Origin: Vicinamibacteria bacterium
Lineage (GTDB): Bacteria > Acidobacteriota > Vicinamibacteria > Marinacidobacterales > Marinacidobacteraceae
Length of the DNA stretch: 64,000 nucleotides
Assembly: GCA_963422395.1 (NCBI GenBank)
Contig: OY729431.1
Coordinates: 96,001-160,000 of the forward strand
Reading direction: 5' to 3'
Shown piece by piece: positions 13,959 through 29,564 of the stretch. The notes beneath the pieces were generated by a model. It ran no database searches, was not told the DNA's origin, and was given only the letters and a program-made list of their open reading frames with translations. Position numbers and translations under genes: made by a program. Within the stretch, counting starts at the first letter, position 1; every line of letters starts with the position of its first letter.

Positions 13959-14237
13959 TCAGCAGCCCGCGGGCTGCCCTCCCGCAGATTCCGGAACCGG
14001 ATCGTAGCCGGACCCTCCGAACGGGCGGCAGCGCAGCAGCCGCCGTCCGCCCAGCAGCGTACCCCGCAGCGCGCCGTACCGGCGGATCGCTTCCTCGGTA
14101 TACCGGGAACAGGAAGGTTCGAATCGGCAGACGCCGGGGAAGAGCGCTCCCAGACTCATCCGGTACAGCCGGATGGCGACGACCGAAAGACCGGCAGGAA
14201 GGCGGCGGAGGGCCGCAGGCGAATTTCCGGAGGTCAA
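13959..14237 (-). CDS. yidD: Membrane protein insertion efficiency factor YidD
   Basis: CRFEPSCSRY..AIRRYG..RLLRCRPFGGSGYDPVP; TTG start overlaps the rnpA stop. Confidence 0.9.
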   Translation of the reverse strand: MTSGNSPAALRRLPAGLSVVAIRLYRMSLGALFPGVCRFEPSCSRYTEEAIRRYGALRGTLLGGRRLLRCRPFGGSGYDPVPESAGGQPAGC

Positions 14238-14755
14238 GGAGTCTGCCCCCTCCCGGTCGAAGGCGGCCCGCCTCTCCGGCCCAGAGCGCGCCGGCGGGCG
14301 GAGCCGAGCGCCGCTGCATAGGCAGCAGTCAGTCCCGCCCACGGCGCTTCGCCGATTCCCCGTCGGGCTACGAGAACCACATCCCCCGCCGGCCGCCGCG
14401 GCGCGCGCCGCCACAGCTCGCGGAGCCGCCTCTTCGCCCGGGACCTGCGGACTGCGCCCCCCACCTTCCGACTCGCCACCACGCCGATCCGGGCCGGCGC
14501 CGCATCACTCGCGGAAGACAGGAAGAGGACGAACCAAGGGGAAACGCCCCGCACTCCCGAGGACATCACCGCGCGGAATTCGCCGGACCGCCGGATGCGA
14601 TGCCCGATGCCCAGCCCCTCTCTACCTCGACCCTCTCCATCCAGCCTCTCGCCGCTCGCCCCCCCGGCGCGCTCACTCCCGCGGCCGGGGTTCGCTCGTG
14701 GACTTCCCGCCACGGAACCCCGGAAGCCTGCCCGGATCGTTCTTCTCGAACCCAT
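14234..14755 (-). CDS. rnpA: Ribonuclease P protein component (true start probably downstream, near 14644)
   Basis: RIGVVASRKVGGAVRRSRAKRRLRE, DVVLVAR; located between rpmH and yidD. Confidence 0.88.
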   Translation of the reverse strand: MGSRRTIRAGFRGSVAGSPRANPGRGSERAGGASGERLDGEGRGREGLGIGHRIRRSGEFRAVMSSGVRGVSPWFVLFLSSASDAAPARIGVVASRKVGGAVRRSRAKRRLRELWRRAPRRPAGDVVLVARRGIGEAPWAGLTAAYAAALGSARRRALGRRGGPPSTGRGQTP

Positions 14756-14899
14756 CGTGAACAGATAGAGAACCGGACGATGGGTCGGAGCAGGGGGTGT
14801 TGCGACAGCAGGACAGTTACGCGGCCATCGAACGGAAGGGGACAGCGAAGACCGAACTATCTCGCGGAATCGATCGGCGGAGGCGGGAGGGATGAAGGC

Positions 14900-15034
14900 T
14901 CAGGCCGAAAGGCGGCGACGGCCGCGCCGCCGCCGCCGGGCGAGGACCGCACGGCCTCCCGGAGTGCTCATCCGCGCCCGGAAACCATGCTTCCGTTTCC
15001 GCCGCCGCCTGTTGGGCTGAAAGGTTCTCTTCAC
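14900..15034 (-). CDS. rpmH: 50S ribosomal protein L34 (not in ORF track)
   Basis: Hand translation: [44 protein letters not shown]. Confidence 0.97.
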   Translation of the reverse strand: MKRTFQPNRRRRKRKHGFRARMSTPGGRAVLARRRRRGRRRLSA

Positions 15035-15493
15035 GGGTGTTCTTTCTCCGAAGTCTTTGAAAATCCAAGGACAAAAGGCGGAATCGCCATCTCGTTCCGT
15101 CGATACCTGGCAACTCGTCAGATTATCGCTTCCGATAGTTTCAAGTCAAGCACTCTTTGCGCAGAGGCTGCCGAACCTTCCGCCTTCGCGAGCAGAATCT
15201 TGGAGTTCTCGGACCGGCGAAGGAGCGGTCCGGATCCGGAGGGAACGAGGTTTCTCGAACAGCCGCTCCAGACAGACCACTGGCGCCCGCTTTCCCGCTG
15301 CGCCGCCGCCGTAGAGAAAGTGATCGCCCAAGGAATTCCGAAGGAAACGGGAGTGGGGCTGGGAGGCATCCCAACCCGCGTTTACATTTCGCCGCTTCTT
15401 GGGAAGCGCTGGCCTCCCGAATGGGCCATTCCCGCTCCCTTTCCCTGCTCTCCGCACCACGCCGGACACCCTGCCGGCGGATCGAAAATCTCC

Positions 15494-16864
15494 TTGCCTC
15501 CACCGCTCTATCTGACGACCTCGGATCCCCTTCGAAAAACCGCCGCCGAGCGATGGGACCGTGCGCTGCAGCGAATCCGACAACAGATTCCGGAGCGGGA
15601 GTACCGCACCTGGGTGGCCCCGGCACGGTTTCTCGGTGAGGACCGCGGAATCTTTCGGATCGAAGTGCCGAACGCCACCTTCGCGAACCGGATCGAGGGA
15701 GAATTCCAGAATCGCATTCTGGAGGCGCTCCGGAGCGTCGGCTTCCAAGGCAATGCGGTCCGCTGCGAAGTAGCCGACGAAACCGAATCTTCTCCGGGGA
15801 ATCCGAGCAGGGCGTTCGCCGCCTACAGCTTGCCGATTTCGGACGCTTACGGCTTCGAAACCTTCGTCGTCGGCGCGCAAAACCGCTGCGCTCACGCGGC
15901 GGCGCTCGCAGTCAGCGATGTCCAAGCCGACAAACGGCGGCGAGATGCGTTGAACCCGCTGCTGATCTACGGAGCCCCAGGGCTCGGCAAGACGCACCTG
16001 CTGCAATCCATCGCCAGGCGCCTGCTCGCCCGGACCCCGGATCTGAATATCCTTTTCACCAAGGGGGAAGCGTTCACCCGACAGGTCGTGCAGGCCGTGC
16101 GCAGCGGGAGTCTGTACGACTTCCGCGACCGCTGCGCCACGCTCGATGTTCTTCTCGTGGACGATTTGCAGTTCATCGCCGGACTCGACCGTTTCAGCCG
16201 CAGCACCGAGGAGTTCTTCCACACTCTGAACGCTCTCTCGGAACGAGGGCGCCAGATCGTGCTCACCGCGAACTCCCATCCCCAAGAGGTCGAGAATCTC
16301 GACGACCGGATCAAGAGCCGGCTCGCGAGCGGCCTCGCGGCCGACATCGGCCATCCTGACCGGGAGACCCGGGTCGCGATCGTGACCCGAAAGGCGGCTC
16401 TGCTCGACTTCCCCCTGTCGGAAGGGGCCGCGGAACAGATCGCGGACCATTACCGGAACAATGTCCGCCAACTCGAAGGCGCTTTGAAACGGCTCATCGC
16501 GCTTTCGGGTGCCGAGAGCATCCCGGTCTCGCGGGAACTCGTCGCCCGGGCGGTGGCGAGCCCGCTCTCGGGCCCGCCCCGGCGGCCGTCCCTGGACAAG
16601 ATTCTCGTCACCACCGCCACCATGTTCGGAGTCCCGCTGCTCCATCTGCGCAGCCGCAGACGCAGCCACGACCTCAGTCTGGCGCGCCACGCGGCGATGT
16701 ATCTCTGCCGGGAAGTGACCCACGCGACGCTGCAGGAGATCGGGAACGAATTCCGGCGGGACCACTCCTCGGTCAGCTACGGAGTGCGTCGGATCCAGCA
16801 TCAGCGCTCGCGGGATCCCGGCCTCGAAGAGATGCTGCAGCGCGTGCTGCGCACCTTCGACTGA
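15494..16864 (+). CDS. dnaA: Chromosomal replication initiator DnaA (start uncertain; TTG 15494 or CTG 15512)
   Basis: YGFETFVVG.QN, NPLLIYGAPGLGKTHL, DVLLVDDLQF, SRLASGL, NVRQLEGAL, domain IV AMYLCRE..LQEIG..F.RDH. Confidence 0.95.
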   Translation: MPPPLYLTTSDPLRKTAAERWDRALQRIRQQIPEREYRTWVAPARFLGEDRGIFRIEVPNATFANRIEGEFQNRILEALRSVGFQGNAVRCEVADETESSPGNPSRAFAAYSLPISDAYGFETFVVGAQNRCAHAAALAVSDVQADKRRRDALNPLLIYGAPGLGKTHLLQSIARRLLARTPDLNILFTKGEAFTRQVVQAVRSGSLYDFRDRCATLDVLLVDDLQFIAGLDRFSRSTEEFFHTLNALSERGRQIVLTANSHPQEVENLDDRIKSRLASGLAADIGHPDRETRVAIVTRKAALLDFPLSEGAAEQIADHYRNNVRQLEGALKRLIALSGAESIPVSRELVARAVASPLSGPPRRPSLDKILVTTATMFGVPLLHLRSRRRSHDLSLARHAAMYLCREVTHATLQEIGNEFRRDHSSVSYGVRRIQHQRSRDPGLEEMLQRVLRTFD

Positions 16865-17383
16865 ACCACCCCCGGACCTCCCCGCCTGTGGGTGAGAGCG
16901 GCGCGAGCTCCAGGAGCGGTCCCGTTCTCCCGACCGGGACCCGGCGGAGCCTCACCGGGAGAACGGGGCATCGCCAGCCGACGGCCGGATGACGACTCGC
17001 GGGTGGTAGCGATCGTGGAAACCCTGGGGAAAACGAGGAAGAGAATGGGAATTTCCATTGGAAAAAGCGCGCCCTTCGGATGTCGGGCCGACCGACTTCC
17101 CGGCTTTCCCCGCACGACTACCGGAAACGAGCGCTTCGCCAACAAGGGACTCGACCGATAACCCCAAGAAAATTCGTTAGGTTGTGATCGCTTTTCCCGG
17201 TTTCCCCACCACCTTCTAATTCTCTATAATTCGATGTCTTATCGAGACCAGAAACAGATTCGAGAATCCATGCCGGAGCGCGCCCTCGATCCTCTCCTTG
17301 CTAGCCAGAGAAAACGCCGACGGATTGCTTCTTCCCTTCGATCCGCAGAACCAGGACCGGTAGAGAACCTCCGGTAGAGAACT
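16865..17383. other. Putative replication origin (oriC) in the dnaA-dnaN spacer
   Basis: 519 bp noncoding spacer; degenerate boxes TGTGGGTGA (16887), CGTGGAAAC (17014), TGGGGAAAA (17025), TTCCCCGCA (17106), TTCCCCACC (17202); AT-rich patch ~17214-17241; parS nearby. Confidence 0.6.
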
Positions 17384-23745
<6,362 letters not shown>

Positions 23746-23756
23746 CGGTTCTACCG

Positions 23757-24323
23757 GTGGACGAGCGGGACCGGGAGCGCGACCGGGCTGCCCTGCTCTC
23801 GGTGCTGTGTCGGGAGTCGGTACGTTTCGGCAGGTTCCCTCTCGCCAACGGCGGGTTCACCGAGGTCTATGTGGACGCCCGGCTGACCGTGCTCCGCTCT
23901 GACGCCGCCGCGCTGGTGGGACGGGTGTTGCTCGACGCGATGGATCGGCGCGGTTTCGCCGCGGCGGCGGTGGGGGGGATGGCTGCCGGTGCGATTCCGC
24001 TCGCCGCCGCCGCAGTGATGGCGGCCGGAGCCGGGGGTCGGGAACTGGCCGGATTCTTCGTGCGGAAAGAGGCGAAGGAACACGGCCGCGCCCGCCGGGT
24101 CGAGGGGGTCGAAGAGCCCGGCGGCCCCGCGGTCGTCCTCGAGGACACCGCCACCACCGGAAAATCCACCCTGGCGGCGGTCGAGGCCGCCCGGAAGGCC
24201 GGCTTCACCGTGACCGGCGCGGTGGCGCTGGTGGATCGGGGCATGGGCGCGGGAGCGAGGCTGGAGTCTGCCGGGACTCCCTTCGAGGCCGTCTTCACGC
24301 TCGCCGAACTGACCGGCTTCTGA
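23757..24323 (+). CDS. pyrE: Orotate phosphoribosyltransferase
   Basis: YVDARL, FVRKEAKEHG, VVLEDTATTGKS. Confidence 0.92.
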   Translation: MDERDRERDRAALLSVLCRESVRFGRFPLANGGFTEVYVDARLTVLRSDAAALVGRVLLDAMDRRGFAAAAVGGMAAGAIPLAAAAVMAAGAGGRELAGFFVRKEAKEHGRARRVEGVEEPGGPAVVLEDTATTGKSTLAAVEAARKAGFTVTGAVALVDRGMGAGARLESAGTPFEAVFTLAELTGF

Positions 24324-24333
24324 GCTCGCCGGT

Positions 24334-25275
24334 TTGTCCCTCCTCGCTTGCGTTTTCGCCGTGGTCGGGCTCGCTGGCCTCGCCTACGGCGCCGACTGGC
24401 TGGTTACCGGCGCCTCGGCGCTGGCGGTCCGGTTCCAGATCAGCCCGCTGGTGATCGGGTTGACGGTGGTTGCCTACGGGACTTCGGCCCCGGAGATCGG
24501 CGCTAGCCTGGTCGCGGTGCTGCGGGGGAGCCCCGGCCTCGCGGTCGGAAATGTGATCGGTAGCAACGCTGCGAACCTGGGACTGATCCTCGGGATCACC
24601 GCGGTAGCGCACCCCTTCGCGGTCCGCCGCGGTCAGCTCCGGCGTGAGTTCTGGTTCCTGTTCGCCGCCACCGGCCTCCTCTGGCCGCTTGCCTGGACCG
24701 GGGAGATCGACCGCTGGGTCGGATTTTGCTTCGTCGGATCGCTCGCTTTCTTCAATGGGCTCTCCGTGCGCTGGAGTCGGCGAGAAACGGGGAAAACCTC
24801 TCGCTCCGGCGCGGTCCTCGAGGCCGGCCCTCCGCTGGGGCGCAGCCTGGGGGCCATCCTCGCGGGCCTCGGCACCCTGCTGATCGGCGCCGATCTGCTG
24901 GTACGGGGGGCGACGGACATCGCCCGGGACCTCGGCGCCTCGGAAACGACGATCGGCTTCACCCTGGTCGCACTCGGCACTTCGCTGCCGGAGCTGGCGG
25001 CCTCGCTCGCCGCCGCCGCGCGGGGGCAGATCCAGATGGTGGCGGGCAATGTGATCGGGAGCAATCTCTTCAATGTGCTCGGTGCGCTCGGGATTCCGGC
25101 GGCGGCCGTCGGGGTCGTCATGGAACCCGAGCTGCTGACGGCGGAGATTCCGGGGGTCTTGCTGCTCACCGGACTGGCTGGCGTCTTGCTTCTCAGCGGG
25201 CGCCGGCTGGGGCGGCTTGCCGGGGCCGGCCTGCTGACCGCCTACGCCGGCTATGCGGCGTTCGTGCTGCTCTGA
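24334..25275 (+). CDS. Ca2+/Na+ antiporter (YrbG family)
   Basis: Two alpha repeats GTSAPE..GNVIGSN and GTSLPE..GNVIGSN. Confidence 0.93.
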   Translation: MSLLACVFAVVGLAGLAYGADWLVTGASALAVRFQISPLVIGLTVVAYGTSAPEIGASLVAVLRGSPGLAVGNVIGSNAANLGLILGITAVAHPFAVRRGQLRREFWFLFAATGLLWPLAWTGEIDRWVGFCFVGSLAFFNGLSVRWSRRETGKTSRSGAVLEAGPPLGRSLGAILAGLGTLLIGADLLVRGATDIARDLGASETTIGFTLVALGTSLPELAASLAAAARGQIQMVAGNVIGSNLFNVLGALGIPAAAVGVVMEPELLTAEIPGVLLLTGLAGVLLLSGRRLGRLAGAGLLTAYAGYAAFVLL

Positions 25276-25278
25276 CCC

Positions 25279-26328
25279 ATGAGACCAGACCGCGAAGCCA
25301 TCGAGACCGCCCCCGGGATCGCTTTCGCCGAACCGCTCCCGGACGCGGTGCGGGAGATCGCCGAACAGGCCTTCGCCGATCTTCGACTGCGGATCCCCGC
25401 CTCGGATTCGCCGGCCGCCATCCGCGCGGCGATCCGCGGCGCCGACGCCCTCATCGCCCGGCGGCGGCGGATCGGTGCGCGCGAACTGGACGAAGCCCGG
25501 CCCGCGCTGGTGCTGATGCTCGGGAGGAACCCGATCCCGGTTAGCCTCCGGGCGGCACGGAACCGGGGCATCCCGGTGAAGACGGTCGCACATCCGGGCG
25601 CGGTCGCGGTCGCCGACCACACGATGGCCCTCCTGCTCGCGGTCGCCCGGCGCCTCGTCGAAGGAGACCGGGGAGTACGGAACGGGACCTACCGGGAACG
25701 GGGCCTCACGCCGCAGCCGACCAGCGAACGCTCTTTCGCTTTCAACTGGCTGGGCCGGAAGGACGCCTTCCTGCTCGACGAACTCCGGCTGGGGCTCGTC
25801 GGTTTCGGCCAGATCGGACAGGAAGTAGCCCGCCGAGCGGCCGGTTTCGGGATGCGGGTCCGCTATTTCCAGCGCCGGCCGCTCGGCCGCGGCTGGAACC
25901 GGCGGCTCGGGGTGGAGCCGGCCGCGTCGCTCGAAGCGCTGCTCCGGGGCTCCGAAGTGATCAGCCTCCACGCTCCGCACACCGCGGAGACGGAGAACCT
26001 GCTGGACGCCGCGGCGCTCGACCGGCTGCGGCCGGGCGCAGTGGTGGTGAACACCGCCCGGGGCGGGCTCGTGGACGAAGCCGCCCTCGCCGAACGGCTC
26101 CGGGACGGGCGGCTCGGCGGCGCCGGACTCGATGTGTTCCGCGAGGAACCGCTGCCCGCCGGCCACCCGTTCGAGAAAACCCCGCGCCTCGTCCTCGCCC
26201 CGCACACCGGCGGAGCGGGCTCCGGGGGGCAGCGGGAACTCTTCCGGCGCGCCGCGGACCTGGTCCGGACCTTCTTCACCGCCGCCTCGAACGACACTTC
26301 GATCTTCCGGGAGGACCCCGCCTCATGA
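25279..26328 (+). CDS. D-2-hydroxyacid dehydrogenase family protein
   Basis: GLVGFGQIG, VNTARG, LDVFREEP, PHTGG. Confidence 0.9.
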   Translation: MRPDREAIETAPGIAFAEPLPDAVREIAEQAFADLRLRIPASDSPAAIRAAIRGADALIARRRRIGARELDEARPALVLMLGRNPIPVSLRAARNRGIPVKTVAHPGAVAVADHTMALLLAVARRLVEGDRGVRNGTYRERGLTPQPTSERSFAFNWLGRKDAFLLDELRLGLVGFGQIGQEVARRAAGFGMRVRYFQRRPLGRGWNRRLGVEPAASLEALLRGSEVISLHAPHTAETENLLDAAALDRLRPGAVVVNTARGGLVDEAALAERLRDGRLGGAGLDVFREEPLPAGHPFEKTPRLVLAPHTGGAGSGGQRELFRRAADLVRTFFTAASNDTSIFREDPAS

Positions 26329-27371
26329 CAGAACAGAACCACGCTCTAGCCGTTGGGCCGCTGACCTGTGCCGCGGGTGAACGCGCCTCCGGCGTGGTCC
26401 CCGCGCTTTCCCGAGTGGATGGGACCGCCCTCGGCTTCCCCGTCCTCCTCGCGAACGGCGTCCGTTCCGGGCCGGTGCTGCTGCTCGACGGCGGCATCCA
26501 CGGCGACGAACAAGAAGGCACACTCGCGGTCACCGAGTTCGTCCGGGAGCTCGATCCGGGCGCGCTCTCCGGCGCAGTGATCGCGGTTCCGGTGATGAAT
26601 GTGGGTGCCTTCGAGGCGATGTCACGGGGAAATCCACGGGATACCCACACCCACGACATGAACCGCAGCTATCCGGGACGGCCCGCCGGCTACCTCACCG
26701 ACCGGGTGGCGGACGCCCACTCCCGACTGGCGGCGAGCCTCGCCGACATCGAGATCACGATCCATTCGGGGGGGAACATCTGCTATCTCGGCGAGACGAT
26801 CTTCACCACCGCGGGCGACGAGGCCGGGCTCGAACTCGCGCAGGCGATGGGCCCGGACTGGACGATCGTGCTGGACACCCCGCACCCGGCGGGTTCGCCG
26901 ATGGCGGCGATGACCCGGGCCGGCAAGCCGGCGATCACTGTGGAACTCGGAGGCAGCGCGGCGGCGATGCCGACGCGGCTCCGCGCGAATGTGGACACCC
27001 TGAAGCGCGCGTTCGGCAATGTCTGCCGGCACTACGGCCTGCTCTCCGGGGAACCGGACTACGCGCCCCGGCTCTGGCGCGGGCGGCAGAGTGTGGTGAT
27101 GGCCAGCCGCAGCGGGATCCTCAGCCCTGCGGCCGGGCTCGCCGAGGACCATCTGAAGCGGAAGATCCGGGCGGGGCAGACCCTGCTCCGCATCCACGAT
27201 CTGCTCGGGGCGCCCCTCGAAGCACTGCAGGCTCCCTGCGACGGAGTGCTCTTCGGCTTTCGCACCTACCCCTCGACCACCGCCGGGGACTGGACCCTGT
27301 TCTGCGGCGACGCGGAGTTCGTCCCCGTCGAGCCGCCGCCGCCGCGCGAGATGCACGGGCGCTCCCGATGA
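26325..27371 (+). CDS. Succinylglutamate desuccinylase/aspartoacylase-family metallohydrolase
   Basis: GGIHGDE, DMNRSYPG, IHSGG, TVELG. Confidence 0.88.
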   Translation: MTEQNHALAVGPLTCAAGERASGVVPALSRVDGTALGFPVLLANGVRSGPVLLLDGGIHGDEQEGTLAVTEFVRELDPGALSGAVIAVPVMNVGAFEAMSRGNPRDTHTHDMNRSYPGRPAGYLTDRVADAHSRLAASLADIEITIHSGGNICYLGETIFTTAGDEAGLELAQAMGPDWTIVLDTPHPAGSPMAAMTRAGKPAITVELGGSAAAMPTRLRANVDTLKRAFGNVCRHYGLLSGEPDYAPRLWRGRQSVVMASRSGILSPAAGLAEDHLKRKIRAGQTLLRIHDLLGAPLEALQAPCDGVLFGFRTYPSTTAGDWTLFCGDAEFVPVEPPPPREMHGRSR

Positions 27372-28546
27372 TCACCGAGCCGCTGCTGCTTTTCGCGTTC
27401 CTGCTGCTCGTCGTCGCGGCGGCGCGCCGTGCGGAGGAACGCTGGAAGGCGATCCAGAAGATCAGCTCGGCGGTCGTCTGCACTCTGCTCGGCATCCTGC
27501 TCGCCAACCTCGGGGTGATCCCGCGCGGCGGGGAGTTCATGGACTCGATCTCCCGCTTCGCCATTCCCTACGCGATCGTGCTGTTCGTGCTCTCCACTCG
27601 GCTCGCCGACCTGCGCCGCGCCGGCCCCCGGATGGTGCTCGGCTTCGGGCTCGCCGGGTTCGGGACCTTCGTCGGGGCTCTCGCCGCCAGCCTGCTGTTC
27701 GCCGGGGTGCTCGGGCCGGAGACCTGGAAGCTGGGCGGGACCTTCGCCGGAGCCTTCTTCGGCGGGGGGCTCAACTTCGCTGCCGTCGGGCAGGGGCTCG
27801 AGATGTCGGACAGCCTCTTCGCCGGGGCCTTCGTCGTGGACAACCTCTCGACGGTTCCGTGGATGCTCACGCAGGTGGCGCTCGCTTCGGCGCTCGCCGC
27901 GGTCTTCGGCCGGCGCGCCGCGGGGAAGGTCGGCGCCGTTCCCGAAAACCCCGAAACCGCTGCCGGGTCCGACGAGAGCACCGAGAACCCCGATGTGCTT
28001 CGGCGGACCTGGACCGAGGGCGCGCTCTCGATCACCCACCTCGCGGTCCTCGCCGCGATCCCGCTGCTGGCGCTTACCGCTGCCGGCCTCTTCGCCCAGG
28101 TGTTTCCGGGGGTGCCCGAGGTGTTGTGGTTGACCACCATCGCCCTCGCGCTCGGCCAGATTCCGCTGATCCAGCGGCTTTCGGGCTCGGCGATGCTCTC
28201 CTACTTCGCCCTCCACATCTTCTTCCTCGTGATCGGCGCTGCCTCCGATGTCCGGGAAGTGGCGGCCGCCGGACCCTGGCTCTTCCTCTACATGCTCCTC
28301 ATCATCGCGGTGCATGCGCTGGTGGTGTACGGGGTCGGCTGGATCGCGCGTTTCGATCTGGCTACCGTGACCCTTTCGAGCCAGGCTGCGGTCGGCGGCC
28401 CCGGGTCGGCGCTAGCGCTCGGGATGGCGCTCCGTTGGAAGCACCGGATCGCCCCGGCGGTGATCGTGGGCATCTTCGGCTATGGATTCGGCAACTATCT
28501 GGGCTTCGCGACCGCTTGGCTGTTGCGCGGGATGCTTCCCGCCTGA
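27368..28546 (+). CDS. DUF819-family membrane protein
   Basis: Multi-TM; LLANLGVIP, GGGLNFAAV, SQAAVGGPGSA. Confidence 0.85.
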   Translation: MITEPLLLFAFLLLVVAAARRAEERWKAIQKISSAVVCTLLGILLANLGVIPRGGEFMDSISRFAIPYAIVLFVLSTRLADLRRAGPRMVLGFGLAGFGTFVGALAASLLFAGVLGPETWKLGGTFAGAFFGGGLNFAAVGQGLEMSDSLFAGAFVVDNLSTVPWMLTQVALASALAAVFGRRAAGKVGAVPENPETAAGSDESTENPDVLRRTWTEGALSITHLAVLAAIPLLALTAAGLFAQVFPGVPEVLWLTTIALALGQIPLIQRLSGSAMLSYFALHIFFLVIGAASDVREVAAAGPWLFLYMLLIIAVHALVVYGVGWIARFDLATVTLSSQAAVGGPGSALALGMALRWKHRIAPAVIVGIFGYGFGNYLGFATAWLLRGMLPA

Positions 28547-28565
28547 GCAGGGGGAGGAACCGGGG

Positions 28566-29378
28566 ATGGGGCCGACGCTCCGGGGACGCCGGGTGCTCGT
28601 CACCGGCGCGGCGCGCGGGCTCGGGGCTGCCGCCGCGCGGGAGCTCGCCGGGGAGGGCGCCGCGTGCATCCTGCTCGACAGCGCCGAAGACGAGCTGCAG
28701 GGCACGGTGCGGACCCTCGAACTGCGGGGCGCGGGGCCTTTCCCGGCGCTGCTCTGCGACCTCGCCGATCGGCAGAGCACCCTCGCGGCGGCGAAATCCG
28801 CGAAGGAAGCCTCAGACGGCGACCTCGGCTGCTTGATCCATTGTGCCGGAGTGCTGCGCCGGAGCCCGGTTGCCGAAGTGGACGACCGCGCCTGGGATGA
28901 GACGCTGGCGGTGAACCTGACCGCCGGATTCCTGCTGCTGCGGGCGCTGCTGCCCGAGCTTCGCGCCGGCGGCGGCGGGTCGGTGGTGCTCACCAGCTCG
29001 CGCGCCGGGGTTTCCGGCTTCGCCGGCGAGAGCGCCTACTGCGCGAGCAAATTCGCGGTCGAGGGGCTCGCGCAGGCAGCGGCGGCGGACCTCCGCGCCG
29101 ACCGGGTGGCGGTGAACACGATCACCCCGGGGGCCCGACGCATCAAGCCCACCGGCATGAGCGAAGCCGAGGAGCAGAGAATTCCCGTCTCCGCGCGCGG
29201 CTGGGGCTCTGCCGAAGATCTCGGCGCGGCTTTTTGCGCCTTGGCGCTGCTTCCGGACGACCGATTTCCGGAAGGGGGGCCCACCGGACGGCGATTCGAG
29301 GCGGATCGGGTTGCAGACACGGTCCACCGCCGCGGACTGCCGCTTTCCGAGGAAGTGTGGGCCGCACTCGCCGGATGA
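28566..29378 (+). CDS. SDR family oxidoreductase
   Basis: TGAARGLG, YCASK. Confidence 0.88.
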   Translation: MGPTLRGRRVLVTGAARGLGAAAARELAGEGAACILLDSAEDELQGTVRTLELRGAGPFPALLCDLADRQSTLAAAKSAKEASDGDLGCLIHCAGVLRRSPVAEVDDRAWDETLAVNLTAGFLLLRALLPELRAGGGGSVVLTSSRAGVSGFAGESAYCASKFAVEGLAQAAAADLRADRVAVNTITPGARRIKPTGMSEAEEQRIPVSARGWGSAEDLGAAFCALALLPDDRFPEGGPTGRRFEADRVADTVHRRGLPLSEEVWAALAG

Positions 29379-29564
29379 ACCTCTTCGGCCCCCTCCCGAC
29401 TACCGTACTCTCGGGCGGGGTCACGGACCTGTCCTCCTCGATCAGCGGCTTTCGACCCGCCGCCGCCAGTCACGATGCTGGACATACTCCACCGATGAAG
29501 AAGATCTTCGACAAGGTCGAAATCCTGTTTCGTTCGTTGATGCCCCTTTCGAGGCCATAGCGGG

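Noticed and set aside
13562-15493. 1100-aa ORF suggesting DnaA with a huge N-terminal extension
   Set aside because: The extension is antisense to yidC, yidD, rnpA and rpmH and is low-complexity; it is a high-GC open-frame artefact
29379-29564. Slightly AT-richer spacer with small ORF MKKIFDKVEILFRSLMPLSRP and a TTCGAC/GTCGAA hairpin
   Set aside because: No RBS or recognisable family; it may be a relic but cannot be supported
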